Shown here piece after piece: positions 24,534-36,850 of a stretch of DNA of 64,000 nucleotides (position 1 is the stretch's first letter; every line of letters starts with the position of its first letter). Location of the stretch: positions 142,786,001 through 142,850,000 of the forward strand of contig OZ024742.1 in the NCBI GenBank assembly GCA_964016885.1, given 5' to 3'. This DNA is from Eledone cirrhosa. Its lineage: Eukaryota. The notes under the pieces are model-generated. The model saw only the letters and a list, made by a program, of their open reading frames with translations. It had not been told where the DNA came from and did no database searches. A program made the position numbers and the translations under genes.

Positions 24534-25019
24534 CGTTCCTCTGATTGAAGAGGATGCCAATGGATTCCACACCTGACGGCTGCCCTCCTGCTCTTAGCTC
24601 TCCAATATGGCGTGTTAGTTTAGATACAAGCAATGCATCTCGGGCACATCTGACGTCACTACCCATATATGGTAAAGCTGGCGGGAAGGGCGTCAATTAC
24701 TTATTTCTAGACCACTATATTTAATATATTTTTTTAACCCTCTCACTTTATTTATATATAGATCAAAATATCAAAATTTCAAGGTGTAAATACAAAAATT
24801 TATTCTTTAGAATGCTAAATTCAAAGTTAACTAATTTACCCATCGTCCTTATATCGCGGGAAATTGCACTTAGCTGGTTGCTATGGGAAGGAGCGGAGGG
24901 GGGGGGGCTTGTATGGCCGGTTTTAAACACGTAAACACGTTCAGGCATGCTTTGCAGTGGTAATTACCTGCCCTCCGGCTGGAATTCTATTGGTATATTC
25001 CCATATTTTCCAGGGAAAA
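24534..25019. promoter_or_regulatory. Bidirectional promoter/5'UTR region between SERBP1 and ZNF367
   Basis: 486 bp between divergent ATGs; TGACGTCA 24651-24658, CCATATATGG 24663-24672, GGCGGGAA 24680-24687, CGCGGGAAA 24855-24863. Confidence 0.75.
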
Positions 25020-25401
25020 ATGCAATTTCAATCATCAACTTCTCAGTTAGGACTTGCGATCCCTCAACTGATGAATGGCCACTTCGCTACCGATGATGAT
25101 GTGCTTATGGTGCCTTGGAAGTGGTCCACAGATAATAATGTATCTGTAGCGCGTATTCAGTTCAGCCTAGATACAGCTTCTCTGGAACAACAAACTGAAT
25201 ATACTAAATGTGAAAGGAAGTGCGTATATGGCGAAAACGAAGATAGTGAGAACTGTGTACGCCGTGGACGTCCTCGAGCAGACAGCATTTCGTCCCTGAT
25301 TTTGGAAGGCTATTCCTCACACAGTGACATACGCTGTCAGTTGTGTTGGCGAGTGTTTCCCAGAGAAAAATCTCTCCAAGCTCATCTCAGGACCCATACT
25401 G
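25020..25401 (+). CDS. ZNF367: Zinc finger protein 367, exon 1
   Basis: PWKW motif and RRGRPRADSISSLILEG...IRCQLCWRVFPREKSLQAHLRTHTG, characteristic of ZNF367; |gtcagt donor; start ATG inferred (25020 or 25071). Confidence 0.92.
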
Positions 25402-26748
25402 GTCAGTAAACTTCCCTTATACGAACAACATACATCAGCATCATTTTTTGTTTTTTTTTTCAATTTTTTTCATTTTTTTATTTTAAATTTCATTCATTAA
25501 AAAAAATATGCTCTGCTTTGATTACTATTTTGAGTTGTAAACATACGTTCTATTTCTGCAATAACCTTTCGGCGTATGTGTGTGTGTATGAATGAATGTT
25601 TATTATTGTATTAAAGGTCCAAATCAATAATATATATATATATAATTTATCTCACATTAAACGAAAATATTCGCAAAATTAATTCAGTGAAAAATCGAAA
25701 TCTGTAATATTCATTTACAGATTGTTTATTCTTTAAATAAACTATTTAGTTATTTTTCTTCATTCGATTTCTTGTAGACTATCGCGCAAAGTGATCTTTA
25801 TATAATAAATTATTTTGTCTTTCCTTTTGGTATTTTTAGCAAACAAACAAAAAACATTAAATTATAGGTTTTGATAATGATTATTTCTCCATGAGATAAA
25901 CTATTAAATTTGGTATTGTTGCTGTAATCCAATTGTTATTGTTGTTGTTATTGTTAATTTTGATCATGTTTGAACAAAACCACTAATACATAGAGGCTTG
26001 TGCGTGGTTGCTTGACTTTGCTAAAACAGCAGCCAAATTTCCCTTTAAATCATACTCGGCCACCACTGAGGACACATTCAATAAAAAATTATGGTATGAT
26101 CATGCCAGCCAGAGCTCCCTCAAATCAGACACCACCACTACCACCAGAAAAGACGATATCATTATTTTAAAGACAACAGTCAAATCTTCAAAATGCACAC
26201 AACACCAGAAAAGACGGTATGATCATCCTTAAAATAACAGCCAAATCTCCCCCCCCCCCCATCAATGCACCACAACCACCACCACTATCATCTTAAACAA
26301 GTATGGGCACATTAGATTGAAAAACAGCAGCCAAATGTCCCTCAAATTACACACCACCATTATCCTCTTTTAAACAAGTAAAGATACATTTGATAGAAAA
26401 AAAGGTATGTAATCTTCAGCCAAATATCCCTCAAATTACACATCCCCACATATTATATTTTAACAAAGAAGGCTACACTAGAATGTTTTTGATTATAGGT
26501 TTGCTCAGAACATCTACTGATCGATCTACTATGATAGATCTTAGCTATTGGCTGATATTATTAAGCTATTCTGTTTACAAATAACTTTGTAACAAATGTT
26601 ACAAATAGTATTTGTTTTGAACAATCATGTGTATATTCATTTGTTGTGTTTGTCTCGTTATTCTTGAACTAATATATATAAAGCGTGAAACTAATAATAC
26701 TCTTTGTACCTCTGTTGTTTCTGGTGTCAAATTTTCACTACGTTTATT

Positions 26749-26841
26749 CAGGTGTGACGTGCGTTTCACGATTGATCAGCTCAAGAGTCGATCTGTATCG
26801 GCCGAGCCCGACTCTGGAATCAAAAGCTCATCAGATTTCTG
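26749..26841 (-). ncRNA. Hammerhead-like motif with intact core but poor stem I
   Basis: Minus strand: CTGATGA, long interrupted stem II (TTGAT/ATCAA, AGAGTCG/CGACTCT), GAAA-C-GCAC-G-TC, then AATAAA and a tail ending in (TA)n. Confidence 0.5.
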
Positions 26842-26883
26842 TGAGTGCGTGCTCACTTTGGTGAACCAACAGTAACTTGACGT

Positions 26884-27830
26884 TTGGAGCTGGGTTGTTG
26901 GGTCCTTCACGTCAACAGTTCCAAATGCGAGCTCTGGCTCCTCAACCACCCAGCTTCACATCAAGAGAATGTTGACCTGTTCACAGAGTCTTTCCCCTCC
27001 ATTGCAGTTCCTCTTCCATCAGCGTGGCGATCCCTTCGAGCCCCAATTACTGACCAATCCTTTGTGTCCACCTTATCTAAGTTGGGTAACCTCAAGCAAC
27101 TTTTTAAAAACTTCGAAGTCGTTGAGCCTCACCAAGGTTTTTTTATTCTTCGGAATTATTTGTCAATCCCTAAGTTGTATTTCCTTAGAGTTAGTCTCTC
27201 TTACAAATTCTCGTCGTCTCTCCAACACCTCCTCAGTCAAGACGAACTCTGCATCCCCATTGCGATTCGAGTGGGAGCCGACGTCTGTGGGGGTCTGAGA
27301 TGCCGCTATGGTAGCTCCCTCGATTCCACAGGTTTACATAGTTTGTCCTGTCGCCTGAATGCTAGTCGTTTTGCCCGTCACACCGAGTTAAACCTATTCA
27401 TCAAACGGGCCCTGGCTCGGGTAAATATCCCCACAGTTCTGGACCCGGCTAGTTTATCCAGAAGTGAAGGGACGAGACCAGACGGTCTTACCCTTTGTCC
27501 CTGGGTGAGAGATAGGTGTCTCATCTGGGACGTCACTGTCAGTGACTCTTTTGCTCCCTCCCACATCCCCGGTGGATGTGGGGGGGTCTCTGCTTCCATT
27601 GCCGAACGGGATAAGATTCGGAAATACCTGGATTTACCAAATAATTATTTTTTCCAGACTGGCGTTCGAGACGTTTGGTGGAGTTGGGCCGCTGACAGTG
27701 AAGTTCTTGTCATCATCACTGGCGGCTGCCCCACAGGTGATGCCCCTGAGGGTACCTGGTTATTTCAGCCTTGCCATAACCTGTGGTAATGCTGCGAGCA
27801 GGTTGGCTTGCCTCAAAGTGTGTACTTAAC
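26884..27830 (+). mobile_element. CRE-clade-like non-LTR retrotransposon fragment (end of RT + restriction-like endonuclease), internally deleted
   Basis: VNSSKCEL (RT end), LRNYLSIPKL, decayed zinc knuckle GLHSLSC, RH, RPDGLTL-PW...LIWDVTV; frameshift near 27655. Confidence 0.75.
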
Positions 27831-27873
27831 CCCTAAGGTGTGAGGTGCGGCCTTGTCGTACTTGGTAGGGAAC

Positions 27874-27904
<31 letters not shown>

Positions 27905-29819
27905 ACCTTTTTCTTTCCTTTTACGAATTATATTTTATATCTTTGCGTGTGTGGATATATACACACACACACACATATATATATATATATGTGTGTGTGC
28001 GTAAGTACAGGGTAGCAAAGGGAGCAATTGTCCTGGGGCCCCACCAGTGACGGCCGTAGCAGTTTTATTAGTGCACTCTGCTGGACTTTTTAGTTTATCC
28101 CTTTGGCAACGAGAACTATATTTTTAACAAAAAGTATTTAATGCCCTTACCTTGGCAAAATTCATCAAATTTCCCAACTCTAAATACACCTCTATTTTTA
28201 CAATTATGTATAGTTCCATGTTAGATTTATGTATAACTGCTCAGAATAGATAAAAGAAAACATGGGAGGAAGTTGTGAAGAATGACATCAGGAAAATGAA
28301 CCCGACAGGAGATGATACGCCATAATACAAAAGACATGTCCACCAGTACAAACAGTGAGACACTAAAAGTACTCGTAAGTGTGGTGAGGGATTGGGAGCT
28401 ATAGTGTTTGGCAGTCGAATGGAGACTTGGTGAGTCAGTTTTAAACACTGGAACAACTATTAGGACCATCAATATTTATTAAGCACTATTCCAAAGATTT
28501 ACCACAACTTCTTTCTATAACATGGAACTGGAAAATTATAACACGCGTAACCCTATCATTAAAGCCCTTTAGTATAGGTCAACTAACAGAAAATTGTATT
28601 ATGGTAACGACAAAATTTCTAAATAAGCCTACAAGATAAAAATTAAAAACGGCCATCGCGGGCCTCTCTGACTGGTTTGGCGAACCGTCTGTTGCACGCC
28701 CCTGGTCTAAGGGAACGCTCTAGTCAGACTGAGCATATGACGACCTCTTTAGTACTAGTGACACAATAAAATGCACTCAGTACATCCTGTAAATTGTTAG
28801 TGTCGATGTCTTAATAAAACGTACCTAGTCAACTGTGTAAAGTGGTTGTGCTGGTATCGCAAAAACAATGCACCCAGTATACACTCTAAAGTGGTTACGT
28901 TAGGAAGGGCATCCAGCCATAGAAACCATGCCAAATATGTAATGTATGAGCAAGATGAGGTCGCACCGATATGTCTGGTTTCGGACTGACAATCCGTCCA
29001 ACACATGCCAGTGTGGAAATTGTATGTAAAATGATGGTTAAATTTTTATGTATAACTTTTTGATACCAATTTCTTGCGCCAGCCCGATTTTGATATTTAA
29101 AATTTGGAGTTTGCCGTGGGTTCTAATTTTTTGGTGTATAAGACCTGAAGTGCCTCGGGCCCCAAAGTCTAAACCCGACCCTGTATATATGTATATATAT
29201 ATATGTGCGTGTGTGTGTGAGCGGCTCCAAAAACGTACAATGCTATGTGTACGTTTCAAAGTATAGGCTTAATCTACACACCTGTTGTTACGTTATTTTA
29301 AATATTTTTCCTAAGTTATTTCGTCTAATGTGCTGGATGTGAGAAGGTACGACAGTATTGTAGAAAGAAATACTACGATCTCTATATAATTTCGGTAACT
29401 ATTTCATAGGTAGTATTTACCAGTATGAATAAGCGAGACTAAGTAAGTACATATTGGTACTTGCCTTTAAATTAGTCTCATTACCAGACCCAAGTTAGAT
29501 GTGAAATATAGGGCTATGCAGACCCGGTAATAGCCTCGGCCAAATGCAAAATGTAGAACCATGTAAATCTGGGGATAGGACCAGGTTAAAAGTAAAATGT
29601 AGGCCTGTACAAAGGGGGTGATAGGCCCATGCCAGATGTGACATGTAGGCTCAATTTCAAACTGTTCATTAAGTATTTTAGTAATTGGTACGAAGTATAA
29701 TTTGTGTATAGTTTACAGGTATATACATGTACAAGTAACAGAACTAAAACTTGAGACGAGTAGGCCCATGCAATTGACCGACCTAGTGCCCCCTTTTCTG
29801 TTCTGGTCTGCTCGTTTCT

Positions 29820-30200
29820 AAAAGGTTTTTCGAGTCAATATACCCTCAATTCTAGAGCCAGCTGGATTATCCAGAGTTGATATGAAGAAGCCAGATAGTC
29901 TTATTATCCTTTGTCACTGGGTAACAGGGAGATGTCTTATTTGGGACGTCACAGTCAACGACTCGTTTGTTCGTTTCCACGTTCTTAATGTTGCGGTAAA
30001 TGTGAGAATCGCTACATCCGTAGCAAACTATTCTTTTCAGGACTGTGCTGTTCGAGATCTTTGGGGGAGCTAGACCACTGACAACAAAGGTCTTGTCATC
30101 GTTAACGGCTCCCCTTATCGGGCTATTAGGTGATGTCCGCGGGGATGCTTGGTTTTTCTAGCGTCGAAGCTCCTCTATCACCCTCGGCAATTCTATGAAT
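29820..30200 (+). mobile_element. Decayed CRE-like RLE fragment
   Basis: KPDSLIILCHWVTGRCLIWDVTVNDSF, homologous to the RLE at 27470-27560. Confidence 0.65.
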
Positions 30201-31210
30201 GTGTTGGCTTGCCTCAAAAATTATTAGAGGAAGGCTCCAGCGCCTCTGCGGGGTCTTCCCCCCACCCACCTCTCTCTCTCTCTATATATATATATATGTA
30301 TCATATTATCCACTCTACTACCCTAAGTATTGAGTACTTTGGTGCGTTATGGTCCACCTGGTTCCTTACCACATTTCCTTCGTTATATATATATATATGG
30401 CATAGGTTAATTATAACGTTCGCGAAACTGAAAGTGGATTTCTTAAATTAGTTTCTGGTCGAAATACACTATAGTTTTATTTGCTAGGTTGTTCTAGGAG
30501 CCAGTCACTTTCTGTGAGAAGAAGTACACTCCGGTGTTTTGATCTTGTTCCTTAAAGATCTTCTCGTTTCCTTTGTATGTCCATCAAAGAATTGAGAGAT
30601 GGTCATATTTTCCGATCCTATAATTATATAATTATTGTTTCTTTTTTCAGTATGTTCAAATTAAGCCTTTGTAGTCGTATATATATATATGTGTGTGTGT
30701 GTCATGTTTCTTTATTTGTGTGTGGAACTTCAGGTATCATTGACAAAAATTTCCTGTGGTGGAAATGAAGATATGTTGTCCTATTTACCGGGTTCATTGG
30801 ATTATGGTTAATGTCCATTAGAATCAGTTTAGAGTTCGTTATGAATTCGGTAAATCAGACGAGATATTTTTAAAGGAGACCAATTGACAATGATACGTTT
30901 TTCTATAGCATCTACCTTTCCTTAAAACCAGAGACCATGACTGAACAGCAAGCATATTCTATAAGTAGTCTGACAACTTTTGTATAATATCATGAATGAT
31001 TGTAGATAGATATAATCGTTAGAGCATGGCCCAGTCTGCGAATATTCATAGAGGAAAGTAATGAAAATCTCACTCTAGCATTGTAGTCCCCCATGCAAGC
31101 AATACACTGGGACCCCTACATGCACAACCATAGCATACATAAATTGCCATTAGGACCCTACACGACGGTAGCCCCCGTAGCAACTGCCTAGTTTGCCCAT
31201 ACCTCTAAAT

Positions 31211-31348
31211 CAGGGTTTCCCAACATTTTCAAACGCGGAACCTTTTTTTGGTTCAGAAACTTTTGGGGAACCCCAAAGTCTAATACTGTCATATGATCGT
31301 AATATACTCCTCTGCCCTTTTTCACGGAACCCCCTTTGGGAATCACTG
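31211..31348. mobile_element. hAT MITE
   Basis: TIRs CAGGGTTTCCCAA / TTGGGAATCACTG; 8-bp TSD ctctaaat/ctctagat. Confidence 0.7.
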
Positions 31349-31403
31349 CTCTAGATCAATGATTCCCAAATATAATTGTGGTGAGTTGCTTTTCTTGTTA
31401 TAA

Positions 31404-31518
31404 TTATTAAGGGTGACAATTTATTTCGGAGTTTTACCGACATTATTGGCTTATCAAAACCGTTTTGTTAAGTTAATAATGTCGGCAAAACTCCGAAATA
31501 AACTGTCGCCATTGATAA
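31404..31518. repeat. Imperfect palindrome, 57-bp arms, 1-nt centre
   Basis: ttattaagggtgac...caaaac-c-gttttg...gtcgccattgataa. Confidence 0.85.
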
Positions 31519-32818
31519 GAATCATTGAAGTGACTCTATATACATATAAGATCTTAATGTAATGCATGTTTAAGTGTGTTTATCACACAAACCCATAAAA
31601 CAAACACTTATTGATTATAGTCTTTTTTTTTATATTATTGATTTTAATTTTATTCACAGTTGTGTAAATAACATTACGAATTGTTTATAATTCTTACAGA
31701 ATGAAAAATTAAGGGTGTCGGACTTGGCTATCATTTCTAGCTGGCCGGGGCGATCGCATTGGCTTGTTTCACTTTATCGTTTAGCCGTCTTGGGCAAACA
31801 GCGGCTCGTTAGGCTTTCAAAATTGCCTTGAATTTTATATTTTCCTCGATGCTCACTACAGTAAATCTGTTAACATTAACTTAACTTGTTTTCCGTGCGA
31901 GTGGTGTCTCTCTGTGATTTTTTTTTAAAGTATCCGTGATGACTATCGAATGTACTCTTTTAAGGCAGTAGGGCATGGTTTGAGGGAAATTTGGCTTCTA
32001 TTTCTTGCAAGTTGAGTCGACTCTGATACACCACATCAGTGGATCAAAGGTGCTTAAACCGTAGACATAAGACGGTAGGGTGCGATTTTGCTGGTAATTG
32101 TATCACGTCGGGTGGTGATCGGGCATAATGTCAATAATTCTGGTTACATTTTTAGGAATATCACTGCACTTGTGAGATTATGTGTTTAAAATTAGCGTAT
32201 TTGGCCACAAAGACAAGTTTTATCAAGCAGGCCTCTAAATAAAAGTAACCCAGCCATGACCATCCTTTTTGTTTAGTGGTATCATGGACATTATTTGATG
32301 TCTTTCCTTTTCTTTATTAAGACGGTGGAGTATTATTTGAAGGATATTTGGCTGTTATTTCTAGCACGTCAGGTGTTGAGCTTGTAAAGTATTTTTGTCT
32401 GCTCCATAAGTAGCGAGTAATAAACTAACTAAACTATATACGGTTTTTATTCGTGTGTATCGAAAATAAAAGAGTGATATAATTATATATATATATATAT
32501 ATCCTGGTGGTTTCATACGAATGAGACACTTCTAGTCATCTAGAAATTATTTCTTTATTAAATAAAAATGCATATACTCTACCAACGTATTGAGTTTTTT
32601 TTTTTATCTGTAGTCATTTCCCGAGCCCCGATTACCTTAAACGATATCTCGTTAACTTATATATATATATATGTGTGTGTGTGTGATAGTGAAAAATCAG
32701 AAAATTATATCCAAAGTTGATAGAGCACTCAGTCCAAAGGACGAGTTGGGTATGTGAAACACGTGTTATTAAGTATGGTTTGGTAATTGTTGTGGAATTA
32801 ACTCTAGCTCATATATAC

Positions 32819-32851
<33 letters not shown>

Positions 32852-32926
32852 AAAATGGAAGTACAGCATAGTCGAAGCTCGAGCCGCAGCTAAGCCAACG
32901 AATGCAATTTATATATATTTGCAATT

Positions 32927-32961
<35 letters not shown>

Positions 32962-33280
32962 TGCATTCCTTTACATGTCATTCATTGTAATTGAATGTTT
33001 ACAGACGATAGTTTGCTGTGTGTGTGTATATATATATATATTCTTTATTGTTATTTAACTGGACGTTTCATTTTCTTTGTGCATAATCGGACATATTCTT
33101 TACAATTCGTTTGTAATTTTGTATGAGTTAAACCTACAAAATGTTCATTCTTACTTGTGTATGAGTGTGATCGTCCTAAAAAAACATGACATGATGTCGA
33201 TGTAAAGTGAACAATCTTCGGTGTTGATATTTTGTTGGTGGCTTTTATAACCGATTGTTATAGAAGCCGCGATGTATTTA

Positions 33281-33325
<45 letters not shown>

Positions 33326-33384
33326 GTTGTTTATACACTACCTTGCTCACAAGTGTCTTTTTTAAGCTTCATATCATGTCTCCC

Positions 33385-33455
33385 TATTTTATCTGATGAG
33401 AACGCAAATATCGTCCCTGGATGATATTTGTTTTTGAAATACGCATAATAAAATA
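33385..33455 (+). ncRNA. Minimal type I hammerhead ribozyme motif (Penelope-like type)
   Basis: Stem I TATTTTAT/ATAAAATA (8 bp), CTGATGA 33393-33399, long stem II 33400-33435, GAAA 33436-33439, T-ACGC-A mini stem III, AUA triplet. Confidence 0.8.
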
Positions 33456-33490
33456 CATGGAACTTTTTTAACCATCTTTTAATTTCTTCT

Positions 33491-33533
<43 letters not shown>

Positions 33534-34054
33534 TGTGTGTAAACGAGCAAGTTTAGACTCAGTCAAAACGGCTTTACTAGCATTATTAATGATAATGTTG
33601 TTGCTTTAGATTGTAGCGAATATCACAGCATCCCATATTTCTTTTCCTATAAATTCTGATGTTTTCATATCTGATATCTAATTAAATCAATATTTTGTAG
33701 TGCGTTTTTGCTTAAACGTAACAAAATCCTTTTGACTTCGTATAATGGAGATTTTTATGGGACATCTCTCTCTCTCTTGTTATTTACATAATACATCTCC
33801 GTGTTGGAATTTAAAGTGTCACAATGTAAACAATGGATTCTTAACTTGTATACACACAGAAACTGACTGGGGTAGCAGCAGCATAAAAAGAAACTTTCTA
33901 ATTCCTAAACAGTGTTACAATGATTAAATAAATGTGTATAGCAAAAGCAACCGTTGTACTCTGATCGAATTCTCACCTTGCCTGCTTCTTACCGTGACCA
34001 ATACTAGAACACAGGCGAAACGACGAGCTAGCCTGTTTCTTTATGGTCGCTCGT

Positions 34055-34136
<82 letters not shown>

Positions 34137-34140
<4 letters not shown>

Positions 34141-34280
34141 AATGAGTTAAAGACTTCGTTGATATGTAATCAACAGATATGAAGCACTCGACAAATAAAA
34201 TTTATCTGGAGTATTATGCGAATAACAGTAATAAACGGAATAAATAACGATGCTATAGTGCTATATATTCCGTTTATTAC

Positions 34281-34346
<66 letters not shown>

Positions 34347-34676
34347 AATGAGTTAAAGACTTCGTTGATATGTAATCAACAGATATGAAGTACTCGACAA
34401 ATAAAATTTATCTGGAGTATTATGATAATAATAGTAATAAACGGAATATATAACGAAATAAATAACGATGCTATAGTGCTATATATTCCGTTTATATATA
34501 TATATATATATATAAACAATGAGTTAAAGACTTCGTTGATATGTAATCAACAGATATGAAGCACTCGACAAATAAAATTTATCTGGAGTATTATGATAAT
34601 AATAGTAATAAACGGAATATATAACGAAATAAATAACGATGCTATAGTGCTATATATTCCGTTTATTACTATTATA
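34137..34676. repeat. Three tandem ~150-bp units separated by (TA)n
   Basis: Units start aaacaatgagttaaagacttcg at 34137, 34343 and 34514. Confidence 0.92.
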
Positions 34677-35984
34677 TAACATCTAATATAGAATATTTCT
34701 ATATTAAATTTTGTTGTATATACTCTACGAATATATTGAATACCTTACTTACTGTAGTTACCCCCAATTGAACCTGGGACTCACACACACATATATATAG
34801 AGTGAGAAAGAGAGCAGGCAAGTATCTTCCTCAAATCAAACCCTACAGTTATTTCGTAGTGTAGTCCTGGATGCTCAGAGGCTAAATAAAAACCAGAGAG
34901 ATACTGTAGGAATGGTTAGACGCAGAAAAAGAAAACTCACTGGTTATTCCAACCTAGAACGTCTTTGGTTATAGGGCTTACTTTAAGCTGAGGGACACTG
35001 CCCATAACCTTTTGCAGGGACTCCCAGATTAATGATTAAATTCATGCAGCTGATATGCAGTTTTGAAGTTAAAACTATTGCATTGTGTTAGTCTTGTAAA
35101 TCGTTTAATATAAATATAGGCTGTTATATTTACACTGTCCATGCTGGTATGGGTTTTGGACTACGATCATCTGTCCAACATATGCCAGCATGGAAAACTT
35201 ACAAAAAAAAAATGATGATAATGATGATTCTTTGACCGTTTTCAATAGTTGGACTGTTGCTGTGCTGTGACACTGCCTTCAAGGGATTTAGTCGATTATA
35301 TTGACTCCAGTGCATATAATTGTTGAAGTTATTATTTCATTGCGCTCTTTGTTGAACAACTAAGTTACATGACATGAACAAAATGAAAACATAAACACAG
35401 TCATATCAGCACAGTTTCCATCTACCAAATGTCACTCATGAGATATTAGTTGACATCAGGTTATGGTAGAGGACACTTGCCCGAAGTACCAGGCAGTACA
35501 ACTCAACTTGAAACAGACCAGACTAACTGTTGTATCAAAAAACTGTGCTGGAAAGATTGAATGTATTATTATAGGAAGAGTAACATTGAGGTCTTCAGTG
35601 GGATTAAATCCGAAACCAATTGGTTGCAAAGTGAACTCCTTAACTTTAGTTTACTGCAAATTTTCACAAAGACCTCTCTGCTAGTGAAGATGCTATAAAC
35701 ATTTAAATTAACAAACCCATTTTAAAATATTTTCAACTGTCATGTTGAGAGTTAACCACACAACCATATCAGCATCATGATCATCATTTAAGCCTGTTCT
35801 TCATATAAATACCAAACTTTTTTCTTACACGTTTACAACCTGGATGGTGATACTCAAATCTACTGAATTAGTGAGGTCATAAAGAGTTTAGCATGCAAGC
35901 TGGGGTCCACCAGGAAAACGTCCTTAGTTCTCTCCTGTTTATTATTGTCTTCCAGGCTATAACAGAAAAGTTTAAAACAGGATG

Positions 35985-36850
35985 CGCTTGGGAACTCCTG
36001 TATGCCAATTATCTAACTCTCATAGCTGAATCTATTGCAGAACTACAAAAAGATTCCTGACCTGGAAGGATAACTTGGAATCAAAAGTCTTAAAGTCCTA
36101 GTAAGTAGAAAGGTAAACAAGGCCCTGTTCCCTTCAGAGAAATGGCCCTGCTCAGTGTGGAGGAAAGGGGTAGATAGAAATTCTAGCCTCTGTTCCAAAG
36201 CAAACTATTGATACACAAGAAATGTAACAGAATCTCAGGTAAGCTACCAAAGAGAATGTAGGTTTTACATGTGGTCGTTGCACAGGAGCAGTAAGCAGCA
36301 AATGCTCATAGGAAACAAGCTCTATCAAATTCTCAGAGGATTCCGTAGAAGCAGTTGACAGATTCTATTACCCGGGTGACCAAATTAGCAGTGGAGGTAG
36401 CTGTTCTGAAAGTACAGCAACCAGAGTGAGGTTTTTTCCCCTCAAAACGAAGGGCAGATTGTTTGATGTGTGTATATGAATAGCAATGCTGCATGGTAGT
36501 GAGATTTTGGCACTGTGTTCAGGGGGGGCTACAAAGATTGGAAAGAAATGAAGCTTGCATGCTCTGATGGATGTGTAATACATGACCAACAAAATGAAAT
36601 GACAGAGAAACTGGGCATAAGAAGGGTCAGATGCAGTGTGTAGTAGAGGAGATTGTGGTGGTATGGACATGTGATACATATAAAGGATAACAACTGTATA
36701 AAAGGTGCAGGGCACTCAACATTGATGGAAGCTATGGAAGTGGAAGACCTATGAAGGCTTGGGATGAAGTGGTAAAAGCGTACAATTGCACCTCTCAAAG
36801 GTGATGAAACAGGATCGATATCTCTGGTGTTATGTAGTACTGCAGAAAAC
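35985..36850 (+). mobile_element. Decayed RTE LINE 3' fragment
   Basis: Colinear with the RT/C-terminal part of the 60750-62036 ORF (GCxWELLYA, SEKWPCS, HGSE); many stops and frameshifts. Confidence 0.75.
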
